Virus record (IMG/VR): IMGVR_UViG_3300025154_000052
Span: 73,578-137,577 of that record
DNA length: 64,000 bases
Source of the DNA: a virus
Strand: one strand, 5' to 3'
Part shown: positions 30,075 to 38,800 of the stretch, piece by piece
How the letters are laid out: each line of letters begins with the position of its first letter
Position numbering within the stretch: the first letter of the stretch is position 1
Made by a program: the position numbers and the translations under genes
Notes under the pieces: model-generated
The model's input: only the letters and a program-made list of their open reading frames with translations
Told to the model about the DNA's origin: nothing
Database searches by the model: none

Positions 30075-30273
30075 CCTCCATCTCCCATTTCAGTGGGATG
30101 TCGCTCACTCGCCGGTATCCGTCCGGCGTCGGTCCCCGATAGACCACATTGCCGGTGTCGTCGCACCAGTCGTTGGAAAGAGGGTGCTGCTTGTACAGTG
30201 TTTCAGGGAGGTTTCGCTGTGCCTCTCTGATATGGCGTGCGTAGTCGCTGAGAAAATGTTTCACGTCGTCCAT
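30061..30273 (-). CDS. hypothetical protein
   Basis: AGGAGG RBS. Confidence 0.75.
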   Translation of the reverse strand: MDDVKHFLSDYARHIREAQRNLPETLYKQHPLSNDWCDDTGNVVYRGPTPDGYRRVSDIPLKWEMEDAND

Positions 30274-30411
30274 AAAACCTCCTGTTGTTACTCTCCGTCA
30301 TTCGTCCCGCCGTCCGACAGTGCCGGGCGGCGATTCGAAGGGCGGTTACCGGAAATTGGTGCATCCCCATGCCCAGTTTTGCCGGGGGATCAAGAGGCGG
30401 CCCCCAACCGA

Positions 30412-31212
30412 TTACAGCGGCCAGATGGCCGCCACCAGTTGCCGGAACGGCCCGTGCCCGTAGTGGGACACGCCGTCATGCGCGTCATATGCCGCCACCG
30501 CATCAGGTCGCACGCTCCGTAGATACGCCCGGACATTGGGCCGGGTCATCACCGTAGGTCCCGCGTCAAGCAGGTCCTCGGGTACGGTCTGGCGACTCCC
30601 GGGAAACATCGCCCGAGTCTCATCGGTATGCTCCATCGGTACCGGCGGCGGCGCGACGACAACGCTCGATCCGAACTGCTCGACGAGCCGGGCAACGACG
30701 GGCGGGCGGGTCTTCCACTCCGCCCACTCGGTGCGGCGACGGAAGAGTATGGCACCGTCCGATGCCCGGGTCCCGATAAGGTAGTGTGTCTCGATCCACG
30801 TCCGCGCCTGCTGGGCGGTCTGGATATGGAGATAACCGGCGTCGGCAGGGCCGCCGTACAACTCGAGGGCGACGACGGTCAGAACCTTTTCAGGGTCCGC
30901 TTCGGCGGTCACAATCACCTCTGAGATGTGCCGCCACTGCGAGCCGTTCAGGTGCTTCCCGTCCGCGAGGACGAGAAGCCACGTCCACGATGTCACGGTG
31001 ACGGTCTTGTGCCCGCCGCCGGTAAAGTGGTCATTCGGCTGGTGAGTGTATTCCCGGGCGCTGTAGGCAATGCGCCCATCAGTCTGGATTGTCTGATTCA
31101 GTCTGCCGTTGGGGCAGTGGCTATTGTCGTAAAATGAAATCTGCCGCGTCCACTTACGCCAGATTTCCGTTGTGGTCAGGGCGATACCGAGCTGCTTCAG
31201 GATTGCTTCCAT
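30412..31212 (-). CDS. hypothetical protein
   Basis: Start MEAILKQ after a purine-rich RBS; ends FRQLVAAIWPL. Confidence 0.75.
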   Translation of the reverse strand: MEAILKQLGIALTTTEIWRKWTRQISFYDNSHCPNGRLNQTIQTDGRIAYSAREYTHQPNDHFTGGGHKTVTVTSWTWLLVLADGKHLNGSQWRHISEVIVTAEADPEKVLTVVALELYGGPADAGYLHIQTAQQARTWIETHYLIGTRASDGAILFRRRTEWAEWKTRPPVVARLVEQFGSSVVVAPPPVPMEHTDETRAMFPGSRQTVPEDLLDAGPTVMTRPNVRAYLRSVRPDAVAAYDAHDGVSHYGHGPFRQLVAAIWPL

Positions 31213-31292
31213 TCCACTCTCCCCTTCTTCGTTTTCGTTTTCGTTGTTGTCCACGATGCCCGCCTCACATCGGGCATCGGTGTCAGGCGTAG

Positions 31293-31592
31293 TCAGAGCG
31301 CAGTGACACCGAGAATCTGCGCCCATTCCTCACGGTAGCGGCGGCGCCCTTCCGCCTCCTGGTTTTCCATCGCGATCCGGTCGGCGTGGGTGCCGAACCG
31401 GGCGAGGTGCTCCGCCTGCTCAACGGTCACATCTACGTGCCGATACTCCAAAGGGATGTATCCGTGTCCCGGGCTTACCACCTTCACCAGTTCCCCCACC
31501 TTTTCGGTGGAGGGGTCCCACGATACGACTATCCGCCGCCCCTGGATCGGATTGCGGCCATAACCACACCCGGCTTTCCACTGAACCTGCAT
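31293..31592 (-). CDS. hypothetical protein
   Basis: AAGGAG RBS, start MQVQWKAG. Confidence 0.7.
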   Translation of the reverse strand: MQVQWKAGCGYGRNPIQGRRIVVSWDPSTEKVGELVKVVSPGHGYIPLEYRHVDVTVEQAEHLARFGTHADRIAMENQEAEGRRRYREEWAQILGVTAL

Positions 31593-31656
31593 CTCATACT
31601 CCTTTGCAACTTCGTTCTCCTCTGCCTCCGGACATCGGGGGCAGGAGAAAACGGCA

Positions 31657-32403
31657 TCACCGGACCTGAAACAGCCCGGTCCGCTGTCCCGACCTCGTGA
31701 CGTCGGTGACAAGAATCGCGACCCCGGGATATGTGACATGGACGGCATCGATGATCCGCCCGTCCTGCGGCACCAGGATCGCGTCGTACCCCTCGCACCC
31801 GGGGGGCACCTGCACCGTCCCGCCCGGCAACCGGAGTGTCTGTAACTCGACGGGGACCTGCGCCAGATCCGGACCGTCGGCGACCTCCACCGCGAACGAC
31901 CCGGGGATCGCCCGGTGAAGGTGGTAGGCCATGAGCGGGAGGGTGGGACACTTGATAAACCCCGCCGCCTGCCACGTCGGAGTGTCGTCCATACACTCGT
32001 CTTCCGAGTCCTCGGGCCACTCGCCCGGGTCGAGGAATTCCACCTCGAGCCCCTCCGGAGCAGGCTCAAGGACGTCGCAGACAAACGACCCGTTCTGCTG
32101 CCGCTGGCCGGAAAGCGGGACGCAGAACGGGATGAGCCCGGCAGCGCGAACCCACCGGACCGCAGGGGCAAATCGGGGCACGATGACTACGCCATCGTGA
32201 CTCTCAACACCGCCGTCGAGTCCGACGGAAGAGCCGTCCGTCGACCTCCATAAGCGCACATCGGGGCCGTTAAACCCCAACAGCACCGGGAACGCCGGAT
32301 GACTGCCCGGCGCGGTGACCGGAGTGAAAACGAGCGGAGCAGGGACCGCCGCGGGGTACGTGACACCCGCGACGGCGACGGCGAAATGACACAGATTCAG
32401 CAT
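31657..32403 (-). CDS. hypothetical protein
   Basis: GAAGGAG RBS, 248 aa. Confidence 0.7.
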   Translation of the reverse strand: MLNLCHFAVAVAGVTYPAAVPAPLVFTPVTAPGSHPAFPVLLGFNGPDVRLWRSTDGSSVGLDGGVESHDGVVIVPRFAPAVRWVRAAGLIPFCVPLSGQRQQNGSFVCDVLEPAPEGLEVEFLDPGEWPEDSEDECMDDTPTWQAAGFIKCPTLPLMAYHLHRAIPGSFAVEVADGPDLAQVPVELQTLRLPGGTVQVPPGCEGYDAILVPQDGRIIDAVHVTYPGVAILVTDVTRSGQRTGLFQVR

Positions 32404-32467
32404 GATCGTTCTCCTTCGTCTCCTTTGCCCGGTATTCCGGGCGTCTCACGTCTCCGAAAGGACGGGG

Positions 32468-32665
32468 TCAACCCTCATCAGTCTCTTTCCAGGCGGTTAC
32501 GTCGCACACCTCTTCGGGGTGAACACGGGAGTATTCTCTCGCTGCCTCCCGCCTCCTCCGCAACTCCAGTGCGGCTGCCATGTCCGTTACACTGCTTCGC
32601 GGGTAGATACAACCGTCCGGGCGGACGGCGTATCCAGGTGGAACCACTACGTTTTTCAGATCCAT
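32468..32665 (-). CDS. hypothetical protein
   Basis: AAGGAG RBS, start MDLKN. Confidence 0.7.
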   Translation of the reverse strand: MDLKNVVVPPGYAVRPDGCIYPRSSVTDMAAALELRRRREAAREYSRVHPEEVCDVTAWKETDEG

Positions 32666-32817
32666 CTCGTTCTCCTTCTGCCCGGTCTTGCCGGGCTGTT
32701 GTTTCGCCACTTCATCCGATCGTCCGTCTGGCAGTCGGGCGATCGATCAAGGGACGGTGGGCGTCCAAATCGATTACAGCGGCCAGCTAGCCGCGACCAA
32801 CTGTCTGAACTGCGCGT

Positions 32818-33081
32818 TTATTCCACGCGAGCGGCGGATGCACCGCCCGCCCTCCACAATATCGCCCCGGAAACGACCTCGCCATCCTTGAGCCACAGGA
32901 TGTGCTCGGCGAGTACGGCACCGTCGATGCCGTCCGGCACGACGGCGGACGCTGTGCCCTGCCGGGAGAATACACGTTCGCCGGGCGTGACCGGCCGGAC
33001 ATGCCAGCCGCAGGGGCTTGCTATGACTACCTTGGGCTTGAGTTGGTAGTCAGTGGCGTGGAGAGTGTATCGGTGCTTCAT
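32818..33081 (-). CDS. hypothetical protein
   Basis: AGGAGG RBS, start MKHRY. Confidence 0.7.
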   Translation of the reverse strand: MKHRYTLHATDYQLKPKVVIASPCGWHVRPVTPGERVFSRQGTASAVVPDGIDGAVLAEHILWLKDGEVVSGAILWRAGGASAARVE

Positions 33082-33218
33082 CTCGTCCTCCTGCCCTCTC
33101 GGGCTGTTTCGTCCGTTTTCCTCTGCCTCCGATCGTCGGGGGCAGGAGAAAACGGCCCGCCGAAGCGGGCCCGGTGCTATTCGTCGTCCCCCCCCAGACG
33201 ACGGGGAGGACGGGCAAA

Positions 33219-33551
33219 TCAGGTGGTCTGAGGCGGTAGCACGATAGCCGCCTCGTCCCACCTGGAGTGCAGCCGGTGGCGCGTATCCCACGCCTCGTCG
33301 GTGGGCGGCCAGTCCCGCTCCGCATCCAGCAGGGACCACCCATCCTCCGATACCGTTACGCGGCCGTGTGCCGCCGCGTGGGCCGTCTGACCTGGACGGG
33401 GAGCGATACCCGCCGCCGACAATCTACGGACCGGGACGGCCGCCCCGGTCGGACCGAACGGCTCAACTTCCTGCCCGTTACGGTCCTGATATTTATGCCG
33501 GCCCCACAGAGCCTGCCATAACTGCCCATGGCTATCGAAAAAGTAACTCAC
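33219..33551 (-). CDS. hypothetical protein
   Basis: AAGGAG RBS, GTG start. Confidence 0.65.
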   Translation of the reverse strand: MSYFFDSHGQLWQALWGRHKYQDRNGQEVEPFGPTGAAVPVRRLSAAGIAPRPGQTAHAAAHGRVTVSEDGWSLLDAERDWPPTDEAWDTRHRLHSRWDEAAIVLPPQTT

Positions 33552-33645
33552 TTCATCTCCTTGCTGTGCCCGGTCTCCCGGGCTGTTGTCGTCCGTTCAT
33601 CCGATCGTCCGTCTGGCAGTCGGGCGATCGATCAAGGGGCGGAGG

Positions 33646-33840
33646 CTATAGCGAAGCGTCCAATTTCCGGCAGCGGGCGGTCACCCGTGCCTCGAAGTCG
33701 GTATTGGACTCGCCCTCCTGCTGGTCGATGGTCTCAACCACACCCGACCAGTTGCCGGCGGGGATCTCCTCGTCGGGCTCGAAGGCGTGGACGCCAGGGG
33801 TGTATACGCCGGTGTTCTGGATGAGTTGGTACGATTTCAT
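33646..33840 (-). CDS. hypothetical protein
   Basis: AAGGAG RBS, start MKSYQL. Confidence 0.7.
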   Translation of the reverse strand: MKSYQLIQNTGVYTPGVHAFEPDEEIPAGNWSGVVETIDQQEGESNTDFEARVTARCRKLDASL

Positions 33841-33898
33841 TTCTATTCTCCTTCTCGTCTTAATCTCCGGCCGCCTCATTGCGACCGTTGATGATATA

Positions 33899-33927
33899 AG
33901 TATATCCCCAGCGGGTATGCGTGTCAA
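33899..33927 (-). promoter_or_regulatory. promoter
   Basis: TTGACA-N17-TATACT on the minus strand. Confidence 0.85.
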
Positions 33928-33955
33928 CAGAAAAAGATACCCATTGGGGATTATT

Positions 33956-34156
33956 TTACTTCGCCCGCTCCGCCCGAATCCGGGCAATCTCCGCCTCCGA
34001 AACCAGGGGCTGCCTGGGCTCCAGGGGCTGGCCCTCTGGGTCCCGGGCATAGTCCAGTTGCAGCGGCGCCCGTTTCCGGTCCGCCAATTGGCGGATTGAG
34101 TTTTTGTCGGCGAACCCGAGTTCTCGGGCCGCCGCACGAACTGAGTACCATTTCAT
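33956..34156 (-). CDS. HTH DNA-binding protein
   Basis: YSVRAAARELGFADKNSIRQLA; GGAGG RBS. Confidence 0.75.
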   Translation of the reverse strand: MKWYSVRAAARELGFADKNSIRQLADRKRAPLQLDYARDPEGQPLEPRQPLVSEAEIARIRAERAK

Positions 34157-34185
34157 CGTGTATCCTCCGGTTATCCCCCTCTGGA

Positions 34186-34214
34186 GATATACCCGGCGGG
34201 GAGAGGGAAGTCAA
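34186..34214 (-). promoter_or_regulatory. promoter
   Basis: TTGACT-N17-TATATC. Confidence 0.6.
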
Positions 34215-34289
34215 GGGTCGTTCCTCTCTGCCCCCGGTCATCGGGGACACGGAGGAGCGAGCCGGGATAGGCTCCCGGCGGGCTCGGGG

Positions 34290-34505
34290 TCAGTAGTCGG
34301 GGTGAGCGTACACGTGCCCTCGGCGCCACTCCCAACCAGGATACGCAGCCTCGAGCGCAGCATCCGCCTCGGCCTCGGTGGCGTACCTGCCGAGTTCGGA
34401 ATCGCGTTCGTCCCCTGCGGTTCCGCCAACCGGGACGGGCAGGGACCGACCGACACCCCCACTCGCGTCCACCACCGCCGCCCACTCGATCCGTGTCTCG
34501 TCCAT
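34290..34505 (-). CDS. hypothetical protein
   Basis: GGGAG RBS, 71 aa. Confidence 0.6.
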   Translation of the reverse strand: MDETRIEWAAVVDASGGVGRSLPVPVGGTAGDERDSELGRYATEAEADAALEAAYPGWEWRRGHVYAHPDY

Positions 34506-34617
34506 CTCCCATCTCCCTTGCGGCTTCCCGCCGCTCTCGGCCCCACCGTCTCGGTATCGGGGCCAGGGTTGGACTCCGGCACAATGCCGGGGTCGGGCTG
34601 AGGGCGCCCGCTGAAAA

Positions 34618-34866
34618 CTACAACTTCACATTTCGATACTTGTAGGGCGGCTTTATTGGCTGCCCCACTGCGTCAGTACCCCGGGCCAACTCCCGGATGT
34701 CGTACTGCTCGAATGCCAGCATCCACTCATCAGACTTCGACTCCATATCCAACGCTTGAAGCGCCTCCATCATCTTGCGACTGCTGGCGGTGTTCCGCTG
34801 AGTCTGCCGCTCGATCTGCTCGGCCTTCTCTGAATTTCGCCTTGTCCTGATCTGGGCTGCTGTCAT
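34618..34866 (-). CDS. hypothetical protein
   Basis: GGAGG RBS, start MTAAQ. Confidence 0.75.
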   Translation of the reverse strand: MTAAQIRTRRNSEKAEQIERQTQRNTASSRKMMEALQALDMESKSDEWMLAFEQYDIRELARGTDAVGQPIKPPYKYRNVKL

Positions 34867-34900
34867 TAGTTGTCCTCCCAACCTCGATTATCTGATTAGG

Positions 34901-34929
34901 ATTATATGTCCCGGCTGGACATATGTCAA
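34901..34929 (-). promoter_or_regulatory. consensus promoter with palindromic operator
   Basis: TTGACA-N17-TATAAT; ATATGTCC-N5-GGACATAT. Confidence 0.9.
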
Positions 34930-34956
34930 CAGGTAAAATTCACTTTCGTAAAAAAA

Positions 34957-35205
34957 TCACGATTTTTTTCGAGACGGCGGAATCGGGTTCGGATTCCGCT
35001 TTTTCGGCAAGATGAACCCGTCTACCGCATCGTGGGGAATACGGTAACGGCGGACGGTTAGATCTTTAGCCTGGTCAGCGGGTACCCACCCCTGCTCATC
35101 GGTAAGTGCATCACCGGCGAGCAACCCGTCACTGAGCCATCGACGCACCGCCCGTGTACTACGGCCATATCGCTCAGCAATCTCGTCTTGAGTAAGATAG
35201 TTCAT
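34957..35205 (-). CDS. excisionase/MerR-type HTH protein
   Basis: YLTQDEIAERYGRSTRAVRRWLSDG. Confidence 0.8.
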   Translation of the reverse strand: MNYLTQDEIAERYGRSTRAVRRWLSDGLLAGDALTDEQGWVPADQAKDLTVRRYRIPHDAVDGFILPKKRNPNPIPPSRKKS

Positions 35206-35232
35206 GTTGTCCTCGGCAAAAGGGTACGCTGT

Positions 35233-35261
35233 ATTATACGACCAGCCGGGACGTAATGCAA
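35233..35261 (-). promoter_or_regulatory. promoter with operator
   Basis: TTGCAT-N17-TATAAT. Confidence 0.75.
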
Positions 35262-35268
35262 GAGGAGA

Positions 35269-36369
35269 TTACTTGGAGGGGAACTTCTCAGCCATGCGGT
35301 CCACGATCTCCTGCTTGTGCGCGTTTAACAGATGGGAGTAGCGCATGGTCATCTGGAGGGACTTGTGACCCAGAATAGCAGCCACGTCGGCGAGGCTGGC
35401 GCCGGACATGATCAGGTAGCTGGCGGCTGTGTGTCTGAGCGTGTGCCGGGTGACGCCCTGTAACCCAGTCTCGCGGATGCATGCGTCCCAAGCTCGCTTT
35501 AGGTCCAGGGGTTTACAGGTGTCGATCGTACTAGGGAAGAGCAGATCCACACCGAGTAGCCGGTGATGGTTCGTCCAGTCTCGGATTGCGCCCAGCGCAG
35601 GTGCAGCTAGGGGGACGTAGCGAGGTTCGCTGTTCTTAGTCGTCCCCTCGCGCAGTACCAGGTGACGGTGCTCGATATCCACCTGTTCCCAGCGCAGGCC
35701 CATGATCTCGGACAGCCGGCAACCGGTGTAGATGAGCAGGACTGCTACCGGGTACATAGCCGGGTTCTGACGCTTCGCCGCCTCGAGTAACTGTGCCCGC
35801 TCGGAGTCGGTCAAAAACCGGGTTCGGCCTCGAGGTTCACGCTGCTTTCGGACCTTGACCATCGGGTTGGCATCCATCCATCCCCAGTCCTTGACTGCAG
35901 CGGTGAACGCGGTACTGAGTGCAGCCAGGTACCGGTTGACCGTGGCAGGTGTCCGGACCTGACCGCGGGGAGTCAGTCCTCGTGCAAGATCGTCTCGAGC
36001 CTGGGTAAGCATGGTGGCAGCGACATCTGGCAACGCTACATCTCCCAGTTGCGCCTTCCACCAGAAGAGCTCTCGCTCAGTGTCCCGGGCGCTCTTCGGC
36101 CTATTGGGAAGCACCTCGTCTATATACCGGTCGATCAGGTCTGCCACGGTGCGACTCTGGGCCACAACATCGGGTCTGAGCCTCTCTTCTCTAATGACCG
36201 CCTTGGTCGTGTCCTGCCAGTATTTAGCGTCCTGGAGGCGGTCGAAGGTTTTCACCTGGGGTGCATACCCCTTGATCCGGACTTCGACCCGGTAGACCTT
36301 CCGTCCGGTAGGGTAGACTCGCTCGATTATCCCCGGTGGGAGTCGCTTACCCTGCTTGGTAGTGCCCAT
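35269..36369 (-). CDS. int: tyrosine integrase
   Basis: TGCRLSEI, TTKN, HTLRH, LGHKS, TMRYSH catalytic set. Confidence 0.95.
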   Translation of the reverse strand: MGTTKQGKRLPPGIIERVYPTGRKVYRVEVRIKGYAPQVKTFDRLQDAKYWQDTTKAVIREERLRPDVVAQSRTVADLIDRYIDEVLPNRPKSARDTERELFWWKAQLGDVALPDVAATMLTQARDDLARGLTPRGQVRTPATVNRYLAALSTAFTAAVKDWGWMDANPMVKVRKQREPRGRTRFLTDSERAQLLEAAKRQNPAMYPVAVLLIYTGCRLSEIMGLRWEQVDIEHRHLVLREGTTKNSEPRYVPLAAPALGAIRDWTNHHRLLGVDLLFPSTIDTCKPLDLKRAWDACIRETGLQGVTRHTLRHTAASYLIMSGASLADVAAILGHKSLQMTMRYSHLLNAHKQEIVDRMAEKFPSK

Positions 36370-36388
36370 GGATACCTCCCGATGCGAC

Positions 36389-36630
36389 TGCTACGGATTC
36401 GCGACCGGAACGAAAAAAGGGGCTGCACCAGTCAGGCACAACCCCTTGATTTCGTTGAAAGCCGAAGGCCGGATTCGAACCGGCGACCTGCTGATTACGA
36501 ATCGGGAAAGCACACTGGACTATTACAGCACTTGTTTCGATCTTTCGCAGGCTTACAAGTGAGTCGCGTTAGCGTATTGCTACTGATTACTGTCCCGAAT
36601 CAGGTGTCACTGCTACGGGAAATGCTACGG
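36389..36630. mobile_element. attP-like site: 3' half of tRNA-Thr(CGT) core with arm repeats and IHF site
   Basis: Minus strand 36503-36460 GATTCGTAATCAGCAGGTCGCCGGTTCGAATCCGGCCTTCGGCT without the tRNA 5' half; TGCTAC(G/T)G x4; WATCAANNNNTTR match at 36439-36451. Confidence 0.85.
36413..36447 (-). terminator. terminator downstream of the tRNA fragment
   Basis: AGGGGTTG...CAGCCCCT followed by a T run. Confidence 0.65.
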
Positions 36631-36811
36631 GTGCGGGCGAGTATTGTTGGTGCTAGAGCGGCATGAGCGGCAGCGTCTGCAGGAAATGGCTACTGCGTTT
36701 GATCATGCCATAGTGGTATCTGGCTGTCCATTAGATTTCGCTATCTCGAATATCTCCACCCAGTTGGTAGATAATTCTCTGCTTAAAAGTAAAAGAGTAT
36801 TTTAAAAGTCC

Positions 36812-36840
36812 TTGACGACCGGTTGCGCCTCGTCCATACT
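36812..36840 (+). promoter_or_regulatory. promoter
   Basis: TTGACG-N17-CATACT with AT-rich upstream tract. Confidence 0.7.
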
Positions 36841-36860
36841 CCTAGCAGTGCCTTGCTGGA

Positions 36861-37265
36861 GTGAATATGAACGTGCGTGACCTGACGATAGGCGAATTGA
36901 TAGATCTACTGGGGCAATTAGCGGTGATGGCGCCTCAACTTCAGGCGCAGTTGGAGCAGGTACAGCGCTCGCAGGGCGCTCGTCAGCCTCCTATCATTCA
37001 GACGGAGAATGGCCTTGACGACTGGATTCCGCTGAAGGAATGGTGCCAGCGCATGCCATGGCCCGAAAAGGAAAGTCAACTTCGATGGTGGGTGTTCAAC
37101 GCTGAGCACAACGGATTCAACCGTGTTTTCAGTAAGGTGGGGAATCGAATCCTCATCTCAAAAAAGGCGTTTGGCGAGTGGATAGCGTCCAATGGCCGGG
37201 TTGACATTCCAGCGGCAGCCAAACCCGCTGCGCGTCCACAGCGCAAGACTATCAAGCACCGTTGA
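36861..37265 (+). CDS. excisionase-like DNA-binding protein
   Basis: WIPLKEWC...QLRWWVFN...KVGNRILISKKAFGEWI, adjacent to attP. Confidence 0.65.
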   Translation: MNMNVRDLTIGELIDLLGQLAVMAPQLQAQLEQVQRSQGARQPPIIQTENGLDDWIPLKEWCQRMPWPEKESQLRWWVFNAEHNGFNRVFSKVGNRILISKKAFGEWIASNGRVDIPAAAKPAARPQRKTIKHR

Positions 37266-37353
37266 TACTTTTAAGTAGTATTTTAGTGTTACGTGTGATA
37301 CGCTCTGTCTTGTACCGGGTGACCGGGACCATAACCCAAACAACGGGGAGTCA

Positions 37354-37668
37354 ATGCTTTTCCTCCTCATCCTGATGGTCGCACTCGTCAGTGTCGCCGT
37401 ATTCCTGTCACACCAGGAGCCCGTCGCACGAGAGTGGACCCGCCAGACCCGCGGCGTAATGGCGGGCATTCTAGCGCTCGAGGGCGCGTTCCCGGAGCTG
37501 GCGATCTGGGAGCCACCGAATTATGACTGTCCAGCCGTGCCGGGGCGAGCCCGGCCACTCCGTAGTCTTCGGTTCACCAGATACGTCCGGAATGGTAGAA
37601 CCGAGTTACCGGAGTGGCGCACGCCGGGGCGAGCCCGGCTCAATCTCCACTTCGCCCAGTGGGTGTGA
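37354..37668 (+). CDS. membrane-anchored hypothetical protein
   Basis: N-terminal hydrophobic helix, GGGGAG RBS. Confidence 0.6.
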   Translation: MLFLLILMVALVSVAVFLSHQEPVAREWTRQTRGVMAGILALEGAFPELAIWEPPNYDCPAVPGRARPLRSLRFTRYVRNGRTELPEWRTPGRARLNLHFAQWV

Positions 37669-37853
37669 CACCGGACGGAGCGTCAGATTCTGATCGATTC
37701 GTCTTTTCTTGCGATTTTGCTGCTCCTGCTCTTTTCCGCTGTTCATCTTCCATAGCCGCTGCCGCCGATCCAGATGCCGATACATTAAATAATCCTTGAT
37801 AATATCAAAACTGCGGGCATATACTGGCCCCAATCCACACAAGGAGGTCAATC

Positions 37854-38243
37854 GTGCAAAAGGACAAGGTAGTCGAACAGTTGGAAGCAGATGAACAAGA
37901 GTTGCGAAAAAAAGCAGAGGAGATAATCAAGGAGGGGCAAGAACTCATTAAAAAGGCCAACTTGTTGCGTAGTGCTCGAGAGGTTTACCTCGGACAGCCC
38001 ATTGCCGAGACTGGTGCTGTTCGCAAGATCTCGAAACGATCTGGAACCGACAGTCCCACCCGTGGCAGAGTGGTAGCATACGTAATCGAGCGCAATGCTG
38101 TTCTCACGATATCGGAGGTAGCGGACGCTTTAGGCATCAAATCAGGCCAGGTTGGCAATGTCGTGAAGCGGGCCGTCTATCTGGGTATGCTCTCCCAACC
38201 CGCTCGAGGTCAGGTCGCCCCGCCAAGATGGGGGCAGGAGTAG
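37854..38243 (+). CDS. coiled-coil plus C-terminal HTH protein
   Basis: LTISEVADALGIKSGQVGNVVKR; AGGAGG RBS; promoter at 37796-37825. Confidence 0.75.
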   Translation: MQKDKVVEQLEADEQELRKKAEEIIKEGQELIKKANLLRSAREVYLGQPIAETGAVRKISKRSGTDSPTRGRVVAYVIERNAVLTISEVADALGIKSGQVGNVVKRAVYLGMLSQPARGQVAPPRWGQE

Positions 38244-38409
38244 CAACAGAATACCGTTCACAACCTCGCCAACATACCTGCCCTTCTGTTTACTTTAGTG
38301 AATGATTAAAATAGTATTTGACTGTCGTGCATCTCCCGCGCATAGTTGATCATGTGGTGGCCGGGCTGTCCGGGCGGCTACGGAGATCGAAGCAGACGTG
38401 GAGGTGCTT

Positions 38410-38796
38410 ATGCGGTTTGATCTCTATCGCGACACGATGTACGTTCGCTCGTTGGATTTCGGCTCCAAGGAACGGGCTGATAAGTACGCTCAACTCAGGT
38501 ATGGGACTCAGGGCCGCGCCGAAGTGGCCATCCAGTCGAAACACTCGCCGGATTTCGTTATAATCGAGGAACATGCGAGCGTCGTGAAGTTGGAACCGAC
38601 GTTCAACCGGTACAACTGTCTACCAGCGCTGTGCCCGCCGCCCCCACTCCCCATGCGCGGCACTCCCAACCCACTTCCTGGGCGTACAGTTCCCCCGGTG
38701 AGGCGCCTCCCCAGGACGGTTCTTGCCACTGTCCTTGGTGCTGTATCAGCGGTGGCTGCTGTGATTGCCATCGCAACAGCCACCGGAGTGTGGTGA
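38410..38796 (+). CDS. hypothetical protein, C-terminal TM helix
   Basis: GGAGGT RBS; promoter TTGACT-N17-CATAGT at 38318-38346. Confidence 0.65.
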   Translation: MRFDLYRDTMYVRSLDFGSKERADKYAQLRYGTQGRAEVAIQSKHSPDFVIIEEHASVVKLEPTFNRYNCLPALCPPPPLPMRGTPNPLPGRTVPPVRRLPRTVLATVLGAVSAVAAVIAIATATGVW

Positions 38797-38800
38797 GCGC

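Larger units (their letters stand above)
31613..33156. repeat. 43-bp hairpin repeat B, two copies (31613-31655, 33114-33156)
   Basis: Identical except for three loop bases and one stem base. Confidence 0.9.
32711..33638. repeat. 43-bp exact direct repeat A, two copies (32711-32753, 33596-33638)
   Basis: TTCATCCGATCGTCCGTCTGGCAGTCGGGCGATCGATCAAGGG. Confidence 0.95.

Noticed and set aside
32690-32720. Hammerhead ribozyme (GGATGA...GAAA on the minus strand)
   Set aside because: Core is not CUGANGA, and GAAA is absent in the second copy
32711-33638. 43-bp repeats as a CRISPR array
   Set aside because: Only two copies ~885 bp apart with genes between them; no cas genes seen
36460-36503. Complete tRNA-Thr gene
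   Set aside because: 5' acceptor and D arm are missing; interpreted as att core
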